64,000 nucleotides of DNA, from positions 1 through 64,000 of the forward strand of contig CP070751.1 in the NCBI GenBank assembly GCA_020348445.1, in the 5' to 3' direction. The notes under the pieces were generated by a model that was not told where the DNA came from, searched no databases, and saw only the letters and a program-made list of their open reading frames with translations. Source of the DNA: Thermoplasmata archaeon (GTDB taxonomy: Archaea; Thermoplasmatota; Thermoplasmata; GCA-020350865). Shown here piece by piece: positions 35,840 to 45,953 of this stretch (position 1 is the stretch's first letter; each line of letters opens with the position of its first letter). A program made the position numbers and the translations under genes.

Positions 35840-37746
35840 TGTTTCACCTCCCTACCTGGTGCTTCTTCTCCTATTGGATGAATCGTGCCAAAGGGACAGA
35901 TTTTTGCACACACTCCACAGCCGTCACATATTTCAGGCAGGATCCTTGCTGCCCTGTCATCAGAATCGAACCTAAAAGAAGGGCAGTAGAAGTCTTTAAT
36001 GCATGTATGTGGTTTTTTGCAGATTGACTTATCCACTTCATTTTGGACTATGGGAACGCCGGTTCTCCGCTTTATTCTGTCACCATGAAGTGCGCAGGAT
36101 CTTCTTGATATTACAACAGAAGGACCTTTAAAATCAAGAGCTTCCTTTATTATATCTACATTGTTCTTTACGTCGTATGAATCCATTATCGCAACATGCC
36201 CAACTCCAATTCCTCTGCACACATCCTCGATTATTATTCTCTTTTTGCCTTCGGGCATACCGCGATCCTCAGGTGTTCCTGCATGGAACTGCTGGCCTGT
36301 CATTGCTGTAACTTCATTGTCCAGAACAAAGAGGGTGATATTCAGGTTATGATAAACAGAATTGACAAGTCCTGGAAGTGCTGCGTGAAAGAAAGTGGAA
36401 TCCCCTACCACGCACATGACATCGTCCTCCAAAACCTGGGACATGCCTGCAGAAAGTCCCAAAGAAGAGCCCATGCACAAAAGGGACATGGTCATGTTAA
36501 GGGGAGGAAAGAACGCCATGGAGTAGCAACCAATGTCGTTGTTGAACACCACATTCCTTCCTCGTACAGCCTGTTTGATTGCCCAGAATGTTGCCCTGTG
36601 AGGACAGCCTGCACAAAAACACGGCATCCTTTCAGGAAGTATTGTCTTTAAGTCATTTGCCCTTTTAAGAATTCCATCGTAGTCTATCGGAGATTTGATT
36701 CCCAAAGCAGATGAAATCCCCATAACAACTATTGGAACGTTATATTCCATAGCTTCGCTGAAATGCCCTGCATCTTTTCCTAGTATTGTCACATCGAGCT
36801 CAAAATCCTTGGCAATCCTTTTTGCATTGTGCTCCAGATACGGGGATAATTCCTCAATGACCACAACTTTCGAAAGCCCCTTCATAAAGTCAGCGATTTT
36901 CTTCTCTGGCAAGGGAAATGGTGTGCCTATCTTGAGTATCTTTGGATTTATTTTAAGAATCTTACACGCATCCTTGGCATAGCAGTACCCGACACCTGAA
37001 GTGAGTATACCGATATCACCCTCACCCTCTGAAATTACATTGAAGGGCGAATCCTCGAATTCGATTTGAATATTCTTAACCTTCTCAAGAAGTTTGAATT
37101 TGTTCTGCCTGGCTGTCTCCCCAACTGTAAAATAATTTTCTCCCACCTCTGACCATTTGGCTTTCACAAATGGAGTTCGGTTAAGTGCCTCAGTTTCAAC
37201 AATACCGCTTTGGTGGTTTACCCTTGTTGTTGTTCTGATGACGACTATGCTCTTATGACGCTCCGAAATCTCGAAGGCTGTCTTGACCATTTTTCTTGCT
37301 TCTTTCGGATTGGAAGGCTCGAGCATTGGGATGTAAGCATTTGGCCCAAAAAACCTGCCGTCCTCCTCACTTTGGGAGGAATGACAATGGGGATCATCTG
37401 CTACTATCATTACACATCCTGCATTTATCCCTGTATAAGCCAGGGAGAAGAATGCATCAGAGGCCACATTCAGACCCACAGATTTCATGGATGTCAGGGC
37501 TCGAAAACCGGACATGGAGGCTCCAGCCACAGTCTCTAAAGCTACCTTCTCATTTGTGGCTGTTGTGAATTTATAATCAAACTCGTTACGCAGCAAAAAG
37601 AAAGTGTCAAGTATCTCGCTCGTTGGAGCTCCAGGATAACACGATATGACCTTGACATCTGCTTCAAGGGCACCTCTTACCATGGCCTCGTTGCTCATCA
37701 TGAATGCTTTTTTTGGATCTTTGTTTACCAAATATTCCTTTGCCAT
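35836..37746 (-). CDS. iorA: Indolepyruvate:ferredoxin oxidoreductase alpha subunit
   Basis: YPGAPTSE, NEKVALE, MKSVGLNVA, CAGCPH, DIGCY, GDSTFFH, AMTGQQ, C-terminal ferredoxin. Confidence 0.95.
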   Translation of the reverse strand: MAKEYLVNKDPKKAFMMSNEAMVRGALEADVKVISCYPGAPTSEILDTFFLLRNEFDYKFTTATNEKVALETVAGASMSGFRALTSMKSVGLNVASDAFFSLAYTGINAGCVMIVADDPHCHSSQSEEDGRFFGPNAYIPMLEPSNPKEARKMVKTAFEISERHKSIVVIRTTTRVNHQSGIVETEALNRTPFVKAKWSEVGENYFTVGETARQNKFKLLEKVKNIQIEFEDSPFNVISEGEGDIGILTSGVGYCYAKDACKILKINPKILKIGTPFPLPEKKIADFMKGLSKVVVIEELSPYLEHNAKRIAKDFELDVTILGKDAGHFSEAMEYNVPIVVMGISSALGIKSPIDYDGILKRANDLKTILPERMPCFCAGCPHRATFWAIKQAVRGRNVVFNNDIGCYSMAFFPPLNMTMSLLCMGSSLGLSAGMSQVLEDDVMCVVGDSTFFHAALPGLVNSVYHNLNITLFVLDNEVTAMTGQQFHAGTPEDRGMPEGKKRIIIEDVCRGIGVGHVAIMDSYDVKNNVDIIKEALDFKGPSVVISRRSCALHGDRIKRRTGVPIVQNEVDKSICKKPHTCIKDFYCPSFRFDSDDRAARILPEICDGCGVCAKICPFGTIHPIGEEAPGREVKQ

Positions 37747-37834
37747 TTTCCTTCCCCCTAATGTCCAATAATCTGTGCATAAATTATTCTTTTTTGGTAA
37801 TCGAGTTTTGATAGCTCACTTCAAAGGCAATGAC

Positions 37835-38347
37835 TTAACCTTCTAGTATTGGAACATAACCGTACCAGACACCCTCATCTTTTAGGGTGCGGAGATTTTC
37901 TTTTAGAAGGGCAAGATGCTCCCTTTCCCAATTCGAAAGGTCATTAAACAGCGTGGCAATATCTTGCTCTGGAGTCTTTTGGGCGTTATTTTTGTAGAAA
38001 TCAATGGACTTTGCCTCCACCTCCATGCCCAATTTCATTGCTTCGATTGCATCTACTATCTCCAGTCTATCCTTTGCCATTAGATCCTTGAATATATTCT
38101 GGATGCCCTCCTCCATGAGAATATCCGCCATAAGTGTGTCTATTTCAGTTTTCCTAGCCTCTGCACCGTATTTATTGAGGATACTTGTTAGTTGCTCCCT
38201 GTGCTCGTTTTCTGCATTGGCTAAAAAACCTAGCAATGCGCTTCCCTCTCTATCCTCAACAGCACCTTTGAGTTTATTGTAGTAATCCAGCCCAAACGCC
38301 TCAATCTCTATTGCCCTTTGAAGTATCTCAATGCTCTCTTCCTCCAT
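37835..38347 (-). CDS. Ferritin-like (rubrerythrin diiron domain) protein
   Basis: E..G..Y, AENEH, EAKS..FY, WEREH. Confidence 0.85.
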   Translation of the reverse strand: MEEESIEILQRAIEIEAFGLDYYNKLKGAVEDREGSALLGFLANAENEHREQLTSILNKYGAEARKTEIDTLMADILMEEGIQNIFKDLMAKDRLEIVDAIEAMKLGMEVEAKSIDFYKNNAQKTPEQDIATLFNDLSNWEREHLALLKENLRTLKDEGVWYGYVPILEG

Positions 38348-38424
38348 AATATCACCTCCATGCTAAATCAAGTTGGTTTGTATATCTTTTTTGATTATGC
38401 AAATATTTTTGTGAACAGGAAATA

Positions 38425-38883
38425 CTAGTAGCCTTCTGTCAAAAAGAACTCGTCATATTCCATCTCAAGACGCAATTTATGCTTGGCCTCTTCCTGGGCC
38501 AATCCCTGCATAAGTGATTGCAGAGTGCTATCTTCGGTTGTTGCAGCTAAATCGGTGTACAGTCTAAAGGATGCCTTCTCCTTTTTCATTGCTAGTATCA
38601 ACGCATCCTGGTAGTCCATATCTGGACCTGCAGGAACATCTACAAGATAATCACCTATCTTAAGATCTGTGATCTTTTGCTCAACAGGCATCAACTGCTT
38701 TCCTTCTTTTACTGCCGATATTTTTTCCTTGTGCTTGGCCTCTTCGGCTGCAAAACCCGTAAAGACCTTCTTCATATGTTCTCTTTCCATCTTTACGGCG
38801 AGACCAAGATAGAACTTGTTGGCCTCCTCTTCTTTCTCCATTGCAAAGTTCAATAGTGCGTCCACAGATTCAAATGTATCCAT
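38425..38883 (-). CDS. Ferritin-like (rubrerythrin diiron domain) protein
   Basis: EEEA.KFY, EEAKH twice. Confidence 0.88.
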   Translation of the reverse strand: MDTFESVDALLNFAMEKEEEANKFYLGLAVKMEREHMKKVFTGFAAEEAKHKEKISAVKEGKQLMPVEQKITDLKIGDYLVDVPAGPDMDYQDALILAMKKEKASFRLYTDLAATTEDSTLQSLMQGLAQEEAKHKLRLEMEYDEFFLTEGY

Positions 38884-38903
38884 TTTCTCATCCTCCTTTC
38901 TTT

Positions 38904-39479
38904 TTACAAATTCTCTCCGAGCAACTCAAAGTAAGCCTGTTCATGCTTGCATGCCGGGCATAACTCAGGTGCTTCGGGACCCTCATGAAGATATCCGCAG
39001 TTTAAGCAGCGCCAAACCACTGTACCGTCCTTTTTGAATACCTTGCCTGCCTCAACATTCGCCAGAAGGCCGAGATATCTTTTTTCGTGCTGTTTCTCTG
39101 CAACAGATATATTTTTAAAGGCCGCTACAACCTCAGGGAAACCCTCTGATTCTGCATCACCAGCAAAGTCCTGATAGAGTTTTGTCCATTCGAAATTCTC
39201 ACCCGCAGCTGCTGCCTTGAGGTTCTCTTGAGTGGTTCCAATTACTCCAGCAGGGTATGCTACGTTAATCTCCACGTCCCCACCTTCGAGAAACTTGAAG
39301 AACCTTTTTGCATGTTCTTTCTCCTGATTTGCTGTTTCCTCGAATATCAATGATATCTGCACAAATCCGTCCTTTTTCGCCTGGCTTGCAAAGTAGGTGT
39401 ACCTGTTTCTTGCCTGCGACTCACCTGCAAAGGCTTTCAACAAATTCTTTTCTGTTTTGGTTCCTTTCAAACTTGGCAT
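38904..39479 (-). CDS. rbr: Rubrerythrin
   Basis: AFAGESQARNRY, QEKEHAK, AEKQHE, C-terminal CLNC..CPAC. Confidence 0.96.
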   Translation of the reverse strand: MPSLKGTKTEKNLLKAFAGESQARNRYTYFASQAKKDGFVQISLIFEETANQEKEHAKRFFKFLEGGDVEINVAYPAGVIGTTQENLKAAAAGENFEWTKLYQDFAGDAESEGFPEVVAAFKNISVAEKQHEKRYLGLLANVEAGKVFKKDGTVVWRCLNCGYLHEGPEAPELCPACKHEQAYFELLGENL

Positions 39480-39498
39480 TTTTCCTACCTCCATAAAT

Positions 39499-39681
39499 TC
39501 ACTTTGTTGGTGCCCAATAGCATCTTTTCGGGGATGACACCTTCCCCTTTTCCTTTAAGCCTTTTATGGCGTTGGAAACTTCTTTGCTATCTATACCTGT
39601 CATCTTCGCAACATCACCTGGTCTGACAGGTTTTCCTGCATTCTTCATAGCTTTTAATACAGTTTGTTCTGTTGTTGCCAT
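39499..39681 (-). CDS. Small winged-helix protein
   Basis: 60 aa, PGDVAKMTG..SKEVSNAIK.LK..G.V.SPKRCYW. Confidence 0.8.
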   Translation of the reverse strand: MATTEQTVLKAMKNAGKPVRPGDVAKMTGIDSKEVSNAIKGLKEKGKVSSPKRCYWAPTK

Positions 39682-39727
39682 ATCATTCACCTCTAAATTC
39701 TCTCCTTTATTATAAATCTATATTACT

Positions 39728-40234
39728 CTATTTAATGGAAGAACCCCTCCATTGTCCTATCTCCTGTAAGCTCTTTAGATTCTCCTCTAATATGATTATA
39801 TGATCCCTTTCGAAATCTGCGAGCCGTTTAAAGAGTTCCTTTGTTTTATCATCCTCTGAAATATCCATGTTCTTTTCGTAGAAATCCACGGACCTGTTTT
39901 CAATTCCTATTGCAAAGTCTATCGCTTTTATGGGATCGAATTCCCGAAAGATGTCGGGTAACTTATCTTGCTCAAGAAATATCTCCTCTTTTCCTAAAAT
40001 AGATATCTTCTCTTCTGGCTCATCCCTAAGCTCATCCAATTTCTCTAACTGTCTGTGATATTCCTCCTCCAGCCATTTTATGTGGTCGACTTCTAATCTG
40101 GCTAGATGAGATACAAGTTTTTGTCCATTTCCATCTTTGACAAAATCCCTCATGCTGTTGTAAAAATCATAGCCAAATCTTTCAATTTCTATGGCCTCTT
40201 TTACCGTCCCAAGTACCTTTTCTATATCGGACAT
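39728..40234 (-). CDS. Ferritin-like (rubrerythrin diiron domain) protein
   Basis: ERFGYDFY, LEVDH, FERDH. Confidence 0.85.
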   Translation of the reverse strand: MSDIEKVLGTVKEAIEIERFGYDFYNSMRDFVKDGNGQKLVSHLARLEVDHIKWLEEEYHRQLEKLDELRDEPEEKISILGKEEIFLEQDKLPDIFREFDPIKAIDFAIGIENRSVDFYEKNMDISEDDKTKELFKRLADFERDHIIILEENLKSLQEIGQWRGSSIK

Positions 40235-40258
40235 TGAAACACCTCTGAATATTTATCT

Positions 40259-40786
40259 TCATCCCCCAGCCAAATCAAATTCCTTGAAATCGAACCAATA
40301 ACCTGGTCCGCTCAGGTAATCGATTTCTGCCTGCACTATGGCCAAATGCCCCTCTTCAATTTCAACAAAGCGCGAAAAAAGCTGCTGCCCCTCGGCCGGA
40401 ATCTCGCTGACCATCTTTTTGTAGAAGGTGCTCGTTTCCCTTTCAACCTCAAGGGCGTTTTGGAGCATCCTCAGTTCAGAACCATGATGTCGATCCATGT
40501 CATGTTCTTTCACCTTGCCCTCGAGTTTATCCACCTCTTGCAGGATTGTTTCTTTGGAGGGAATTGCGGTCTTTAGACTAGTTTGTGTTATCGTACCAGT
40601 TTCCTTCCATTCAGCAAGCCTACTGTTTAGATAATCCAGATGACCAAGTTCCTCGTTCACCAAGACCCCAAATACCTTTTTTCCAATTGGATCCTTAGCC
40701 TGGTCCTTTGCCTCTTTATATAATTGACTTACTCTTGTTTCAAATTCTATTGCTGTTTTTATCGCTTTTTCTATACTCATACTCAT
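40259..40786 (-). CDS. Ferritin-like (rubrerythrin diiron domain) protein
   Basis: EELGH, ERETSTFY, IEEGH. Confidence 0.85.
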   Translation of the reverse strand: MSMSIEKAIKTAIEFETRVSQLYKEAKDQAKDPIGKKVFGVLVNEELGHLDYLNSRLAEWKETGTITQTSLKTAIPSKETILQEVDKLEGKVKEHDMDRHHGSELRMLQNALEVERETSTFYKKMVSEIPAEGQQLFSRFVEIEEGHLAIVQAEIDYLSGPGYWFDFKEFDLAGG

Positions 40787-40830
40787 ATTCAACACCTTTT
40801 CCATTGTTTAATAAGAATCTTATTATTGTC

Positions 40831-41349
40831 TTACTTTTCCGCAGATGTAGTAGGTGGGGTGAATACACGCTGGCCTAATTCTTGGTCAAGCATGAACAGG
40901 CCACTACCCTCCCCACCAATTATCTTTATCTTCTGAAGTATTCCATTTGCAGATGCCTCCTCCTCAACCTGCTCTGTTACGAACCATTGTAAGAAGTTGT
41001 TTGTTGCATGATCCTTTTCCGAAATGGCCAGATTCACTAGATCGTTTATCAAATTCGTGACCTTCTGCTCGTGGGAATAGACATGCTCAAATGCTGCCTG
41101 CGGTGACTCCCACTCAAGTTGTGGAGCTGCAATTTCCTTTAACTTTACCCGACCACCCCGCTCGTTTATATAATCATAGAACTTCATTGCATGCATCAGC
41201 TCTTCCCTGGCCTGAACACGCATCCAGTTTGCAAAACCAGCAAGATCAGTTCCCTGAAAATAAGCTGACATGGACAGGTACAGGTAAGATGAGTAGATCT
41301 CAGCATTTAGCTGCTCATTAAGCGCTTCCTGAATTTTCTCGTTCATCAT
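40831..41349 (-). CDS. ftnA: Non-heme ferritin
   Basis: [32 protein letters not shown]. Confidence 0.95.
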   Translation of the reverse strand: MMNEKIQEALNEQLNAEIYSSYLYLSMSAYFQGTDLAGFANWMRVQAREELMHAMKFYDYINERGGRVKLKEIAAPQLEWESPQAAFEHVYSHEQKVTNLINDLVNLAISEKDHATNNFLQWFVTEQVEEEASANGILQKIKIIGGEGSGLFMLDQELGQRVFTPPTTSAEK

Positions 41350-41364
41350 ACAAGTCACCATATC

Positions 41365-41739
41365 TCAGCTCTTCCATAAACCGTGGACATTGCAGTACTC
41401 CCTAGCAAAAGAAATATCCCTTTTACAGTCAAATACCGCTTCAGGGGCCTCCCCTGGTTTCAGGTACCTTCGAACAACACCTGAATCAGTCACTATCTCT
41501 ATCCATTCTATGTAGTGTGCGTCTTCCATTGGATGTGGAACTGAACCCACCTTGACCTTTGTGCTGGACTCTGTCTTCTCAACCACTGGTACGTGCTTCT
41601 CAGTGGTGGCATCTGCTGTCTTTTCCTCAAACAGCTTCATTGGCTGTCCGCAGCACACGAGTTCACCTGCACCTCCATGCAGTACCTCCACTATGTTCCC
41701 GCATATCTCACACTTATAGACTTCCAATCTCTTTGCCAT
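41365..41739 (-). CDS. dfx: Desulfoferrodoxin (2Fe superoxide reductase)
   Basis: [31 protein letters not shown]. Confidence 0.96.
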   Translation of the reverse strand: MAKRLEVYKCEICGNIVEVLHGGAGELVCCGQPMKLFEEKTADATTEKHVPVVEKTESSTKVKVGSVPHPMEDAHYIEWIEIVTDSGVVRRYLKPGEAPEAVFDCKRDISFAREYCNVHGLWKS

Positions 41740-41771
41740 ATTTTCTCCTCCATTCAAATTTCCAAGTCACT

Positions 41772-42014
41772 TTATTTTGTTCTTTTTATAAAGAAGGTCA
41801 TTTGTGCTCCTTCTTTTTGGAATTTTAAAACTTCATGTCCCGTCCTTTTGGCCCATCGCTTTATGTCCTCTTCTGCAGCTGGATCGTCTGCTTCAACCTT
41901 TAGGACCTGGCCGATTTCGATTTTATCGATCTCTTCCTTTGTCCTGGCAATTGGTATTGGGCAGTACAGACCTATGCAGTCAAGTTCTGCATCAGCGACG
42001 ATGTCGGAATTCAT
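41772..42014 (-). CDS. TusA/SirA-family sulfurtransferase-like protein
   Basis: LDCIGLYCPIP, ADDPAA..DI..W. Confidence 0.9.
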   Translation of the reverse strand: MNSDIVADAELDCIGLYCPIPIARTKEEIDKIEIGQVLKVEADDPAAEEDIKRWAKRTGHEVLKFQKEGAQMTFFIKRTK

Positions 42015-42038
42015 TTTTTTACCTCCATCTTATTGCAT

Positions 42039-42191
42039 TCACAATCTTTTATCAACGCCTGTATCCTCGCACTCGGGAATGTAGCATGTCACATTCACAA
42101 ATTCGCACTTGTGATTGCATGATGGACATTCCGCAGGGGGATTCTCGGCATTTAATTGATATCCACAATCAGAGCATTTCCATTCCGGCAT
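42039..42191 (-). CDS. Small rubredoxin-like protein (50 aa, missed by ORF track)
   Basis: Manual translation MPEWKCSDCGYQLNAENPPAECPSCNHKCEFVNVTCYIPECEDTGVDKRL; GGAGGTGA RBS. Confidence 0.85.
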   Translation of the reverse strand: MPEWKCSDCGYQLNAENPPAECPSCNHKCEFVNVTCYIPECEDTGVDKRL

Positions 42192-42207
42192 ATCTTCACC
42201 TCCTCAT

Positions 42208-42321
42208 TCAATCTGGCAGTTTAACGAACTTTGAAGCAGGTGCGCCGCATTTTGGGCATCTTCTTGGAGGCGCATCCCCCTCATGTATGTAATTGCACAC
42301 CAAACATTTCCATCTCGTCAT
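42208..42321 (-). CDS. Minimal rubredoxin-like protein (37 aa, missed by ORF track)
   Basis: MTRWKCLVCNYIHEGDAPPRRCPKCGAPASKFVKLPD; GAGGAG RBS. Confidence 0.85.
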   Translation of the reverse strand: MTRWKCLVCNYIHEGDAPPRRCPKCGAPASKFVKLPD

Positions 42322-42331
42322 CTTCATCTCC

Positions 42332-42484
42332 TCATTTCACTCTCTTCATTGGTGCACCACAGCAATACGGCACAGATTTTGGCTCCTCATCAAATTCAAT
42401 GACGCCGCAGGCGCAATCGTCTCCACAATCACATTTGTATACAACCGGTTTTTCTGGTACGCTACATCCGCATGTTTCACACAT
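42332..42484 (-). CDS. Cys-rich miniprotein (50 aa, 9 Cys, missed by ORF track)
   Basis: MCETCGCSVPEKPVVYKCDCGDDCACGVIEFDEEPKSVPYCCGAPMKRVK; GGAGGTGA RBS. Confidence 0.8.
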   Translation of the reverse strand: MCETCGCSVPEKPVVYKCDCGDDCACGVIEFDEEPKSVPYCCGAPMKRVK

Positions 42485-42502
42485 ATTTTTCACCTCCAAA
42501 TT

Positions 42503-43681
42503 TCATACTTTGATCAGTTTTCCCAATTCACATCCAATTTTTTTTACATTTGCCAATTCATCCTCATCAGGAATGAATTTGATCTTCGTGCATTGAACGG
42601 GTAACTCCCATTTCAGCTCCTTCATGATTTCTTCAATATCACCAACAGCTTGTCCGCCCCAACCATAGGAGCCGAATGCAAAGCCAATTCTGTTTCTGGG
42701 ACGAAGGCCTTTAAGGTAAGTGAGAAAGGCTCCCATGGATGGGAGCATGCCATTGTTGAGGGTAGGGGAACCTATCAGAATCATCTTTGTTGATATAACA
42801 TCTGTCATAACATCCGAGATATGATTTGTCTTGAGACTTCTGATGGTCACATATATACCCGCATCCTCCAATCCTTCTTTAAGCTTGTATGCCATCTTCT
42901 TTGTCGATTCCCACATTGAATCGTACACAATTAGAGCTTTATTTTCTGTCTTATGATTTGCCCATTTGGTATATTCCTCCAGAATATTGGGGATAAGAGA
43001 GCGCCATATGATACCATGACTGGGCCCTATCATATCGATCTCCAAACCAGATAGGGCCTCAAGCGCCTTTTTTACTTGGTCCCCATATGGTAGGACTATA
43101 TTGGCATAGTATTTGGCTGCTTCTTCTTTTAATATCTCCAAGCCAATTTCATCATCGAACCTCTCAGAACAGGCAATATGCTGCCCAAAGGCATCGTTTG
43201 GCAGAAGCAGCTTGTCTTCAGGAATATATGTGACCATATTATCGGGCCAGTGAACCATTGGAGTGTGAACAAAATGTAAGGTTCGCTTCCCGATATTCAG
43301 CGTATCCCCCGAGTTGACCACCTGAAAGTTCAGGTCTTTTTTGTAGTGCCGTAAAAGGCCTTTTTCACCCTGTGTAGAGGTTATTACCTTGGCATTGGTT
43401 GCATATTCTAGAATTTTTAGAATTGAACCCGAATGGTCCATTTCCACATGGTTTGACACTATATAGTCTATCTTTGTCGGGTCTATTATTTCCCTGATTC
43501 TCGCCAGCATCTCTTCAAACAGATAATGCTTTACAGTATCCACGAGAACTATCTTTTCATCTAGGATCAGATATGCATTGTATGTCGTTCCTCTTTGGGT
43601 TAGATATCCGTGGAAGTTCCTGATATCCCAGTCTACGCCTCCAACCCAATATATATTTGGTTTGATCTCTTTCTTACCCAA
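42503..43681 (-). CDS. fprA: Flavodiiron protein (FprA, O2/NO reductase)
   Basis: HVEMDHSG, HWPD, DAFG, PSHG, flavodoxin GSPT/FGSYGW; TTG start 43681 after AGGAGTGA. Confidence 0.95.
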   Translation of the reverse strand: MGKKEIKPNIYWVGGVDWDIRNFHGYLTQRGTTYNAYLILDEKIVLVDTVKHYLFEEMLARIREIIDPTKIDYIVSNHVEMDHSGSILKILEYATNAKVITSTQGEKGLLRHYKKDLNFQVVNSGDTLNIGKRTLHFVHTPMVHWPDNMVTYIPEDKLLLPNDAFGQHIACSERFDDEIGLEILKEEAAKYYANIVLPYGDQVKKALEALSGLEIDMIGPSHGIIWRSLIPNILEEYTKWANHKTENKALIVYDSMWESTKKMAYKLKEGLEDAGIYVTIRSLKTNHISDVMTDVISTKMILIGSPTLNNGMLPSMGAFLTYLKGLRPRNRIGFAFGSYGWGGQAVGDIEEIMKELKWELPVQCTKIKFIPDEDELANVKKIGCELGKLIKV

Positions 43682-43694
43682 GGTATCACTCCTA

Positions 43695-43853
43695 TTAGAT
43701 CTTCTTAAAATCTTCTTTTGCTGCTCCGCATGTGGGACAAACCCAGTCAGCTGGAAGGGATTCAAAAGCAGTCCCAGGGGCCACATTGTTATCTGGGTCG
43801 CCTACTTCAGGGTCATATACATATCCACATATCTGGCACTCATACTTATCCAT
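43695..43853 (-). CDS. rub: Rubredoxin (52 aa, missed by ORF track)
   Basis: [52 protein letters not shown]. Confidence 0.96.
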   Translation of the reverse strand: MDKYECQICGYVYDPEVGDPDNNVAPGTAFESLPADWVCPTCGAAKEDFKKI

Positions 43854-43866
43854 ATTTCTCTCCCCC

Positions 43867-44292
43867 TTAATTATTCGTCACTGTTTTCCTTTTTCCTCTG
43901 CAAACATTACATATGCCTTTAAAGTATCCGTGGACCTCATCCACCTTGTATTTACCCTTCAACATCTTGTTGAGTTTTGGGCACTCAACATCAATGTCAA
44001 TTATTTTACCACAGCTTTTGCAGAGGAAATGATGGTGAAGGGTATTTTTGAAATCATACCTAAGCTCTGATTCTGAGATGGTAAGCACTTGTACAATATT
44101 ATATTTTCTCAATATCTCTAATGTATTATATACCGTCGTTTTGGATAATGCTGGGTTCTTCTTTTTAAGATCTGAATAAATCTTTTCCACATCAGGATGT
44201 GTCATATGTTCATCGAGATATTTCATAATCTCCAGCCTCTGAGGGGTTACTTTTATCCCGTTTTCTTTCAAGATATTTACATATTTTTTCAA
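43867..44292 (-). CDS. perR: Fur/PerR-family transcriptional repressor
   Basis: [24 protein letters not shown]; PerR inferred from context. Confidence 0.85.
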   Translation of the reverse strand: MKKYVNILKENGIKVTPQRLEIMKYLDEHMTHPDVEKIYSDLKKKNPALSKTTVYNTLEILRKYNIVQVLTISESELRYDFKNTLHHHFLCKSCGKIIDIDVECPKLNKMLKGKYKVDEVHGYFKGICNVCRGKRKTVTNN

Positions 44293-44326
44293 GGGTTTGC
44301 ACCTCGGACTTGGAATTATTTTCAGT

Positions 44327-44341
44327 TTGTAATCATTTCAA
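44327..44341. promoter_or_regulatory. Fur/Per-box-like 7-1-7 inverted repeat
   Basis: TTGTAAT-C-ATTTCAA (6/7 symmetric), between a TATAAATA box and the perR start. Confidence 0.55.
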
Positions 44342-44421
44342 TGTAACACCGGATACAAGTTCCATTATTTATAGTTTTCTACTTTTAGTGGGATACAGGT
44401 TTCGGTTATCCCCCCCTTACC

Positions 44422-45825
44422 CTAGTGTCCATGTCCATGGTCATGCTCATGACCTGGCTGTTTGAGACTTGCGAAGGCGTTTATTACCACCTCGCTTAGA
44501 GCAGGATGAATTATCTGCGAGGTGACAAGTGGCATGTAATCTTGCTCCCCTGCATTCATAAGGTAGACCACCTGTTGTACCAGGTCTGCTGCTTCCGAGC
44601 CAACAATGTGACAGCCCAGTATCTTCCGGGATTCTCCATCAACAACAACCTTCACGAGGCTGTCCTCTTCCCCCATGGCAAATCCTTTGGCCACATCAGT
44701 ATATTTGGCCTTACCAACCAAAATGGCATATCCTGCGGCCTTTGCCTCGGCTTCCGTCATTCCTACAGACCCTACAGTTGGATAGCCAAATACGGCATGT
44801 GGAACTGCATGGTAATCTGTTTTTTGTTTATGCTCTGTAAATGCGTTCCTCCACACTATACTTGATTCGTAGTTGGCTGTGTGCCTGAACATATATTTGC
44901 CTGTGGCATCGCCCAGGGCCCAGATATTAGGCTTGCTGGTTTCAAGATACTCGTTTACAATAATCCAGCCGTTTTTATCGGTGGCAACGCCGGTTTTTTC
45001 GGGCTTAAGCAGATCTGCATTGGATTTTCTGCCTATTGCCAGCATGATCTCCTCGGCTTTGAATTTGTACACCTTGTTATCCTGTCTGTTCTTTGCCAAG
45101 ACAACCTTCTGATGACCTTCTTTTCTCACTTCCCGCGCCTCGTAACCCGTATAAACATTGGCATATTTTGAAAAACGATTTTTAACTATCTCCGATATTT
45201 CGGGCTCCTCCCTTTTAAGCAATCTCGGGTTTCTGCCAAGTACGGTCACATTGGTTCCAATGGCAGAGAAGAAATGCCCGAACTCGCATGCTATGTACCC
45301 CCCGCCCATTATTATGAGGCTCTTTGGCTGTTTTTTAAGATCGAATACCGAAATGTTGTCGATGTAACCTGCTTCTTTTAATCCTGGAATCGGCAAGACG
45401 AGCAACCTGGCCCCTGAAGCTATAACTATCTTGGGTGCCGTGATCGTATCTGAACCAACCTTCAATGTGTAATCCTTGATAAATTCCCCTGTTTCACGGA
45501 ACCATGTGATCGCATCTGTTGATGCGATGCCCCTTTCCATCTCAATTCTGCCCTCATCAACAAAATTACGCATCCGTTTCATTATGAAGGGAAAGTCCAC
45601 CTTTGTGACTTTGCCAAACACCCCGATTGCCGAGGCGTCATCCATATTGCGGATGACATCAGCAGGATGAAGAAGGATTTTTGAAGGGATGCATCCGTAA
45701 TTAAGGCAGGTGCCCCCCATGAGGTAGCGCTCCACAATCGCCACGTTCAATCCGGCATTGACTGCGTTGGATGCTATGTTCATACCGGCTCCAGAACCAA
45801 TAACTATGAGATCGAATTTCTTCAT
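44422..45825 (-). CDS. Class I pyridine nucleotide-disulfide oxidoreductase (dihydrolipoamide dehydrogenase/glutathione reductase family) with His-rich tail
   Basis: GSGAG, GGTCLNYGCIPSK, GGGYIACE, HPALSE, tail HEHDHGHGH. Confidence 0.9.
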   Translation of the reverse strand: MKKFDLIVIGSGAGMNIASNAVNAGLNVAIVERYLMGGTCLNYGCIPSKILLHPADVIRNMDDASAIGVFGKVTKVDFPFIMKRMRNFVDEGRIEMERGIASTDAITWFRETGEFIKDYTLKVGSDTITAPKIVIASGARLLVLPIPGLKEAGYIDNISVFDLKKQPKSLIIMGGGYIACEFGHFFSAIGTNVTVLGRNPRLLKREEPEISEIVKNRFSKYANVYTGYEAREVRKEGHQKVVLAKNRQDNKVYKFKAEEIMLAIGRKSNADLLKPEKTGVATDKNGWIIVNEYLETSKPNIWALGDATGKYMFRHTANYESSIVWRNAFTEHKQKTDYHAVPHAVFGYPTVGSVGMTEAEAKAAGYAILVGKAKYTDVAKGFAMGEEDSLVKVVVDGESRKILGCHIVGSEAADLVQQVVYLMNAGEQDYMPLVTSQIIHPALSEVVINAFASLKQPGHEHDHGHGH

Positions 45826-45953
45826 TTCAACCCCCCATAAACTTAATTCCGAAATGTATTGCGCCTATAATAATTTCACCTATTTTAATAGGTGTAGTAT
45901 CTCTTGGTTACATGCAAAGCTTTTAGTTGTAAAATAAATATCACCTTGGGATT

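Noticed and set aside
37835-41349. Encapsulin cargo system
   Set aside because: No encapsulin shell gene in the window and no clear cargo-loading peptide on the ferritin-like proteins
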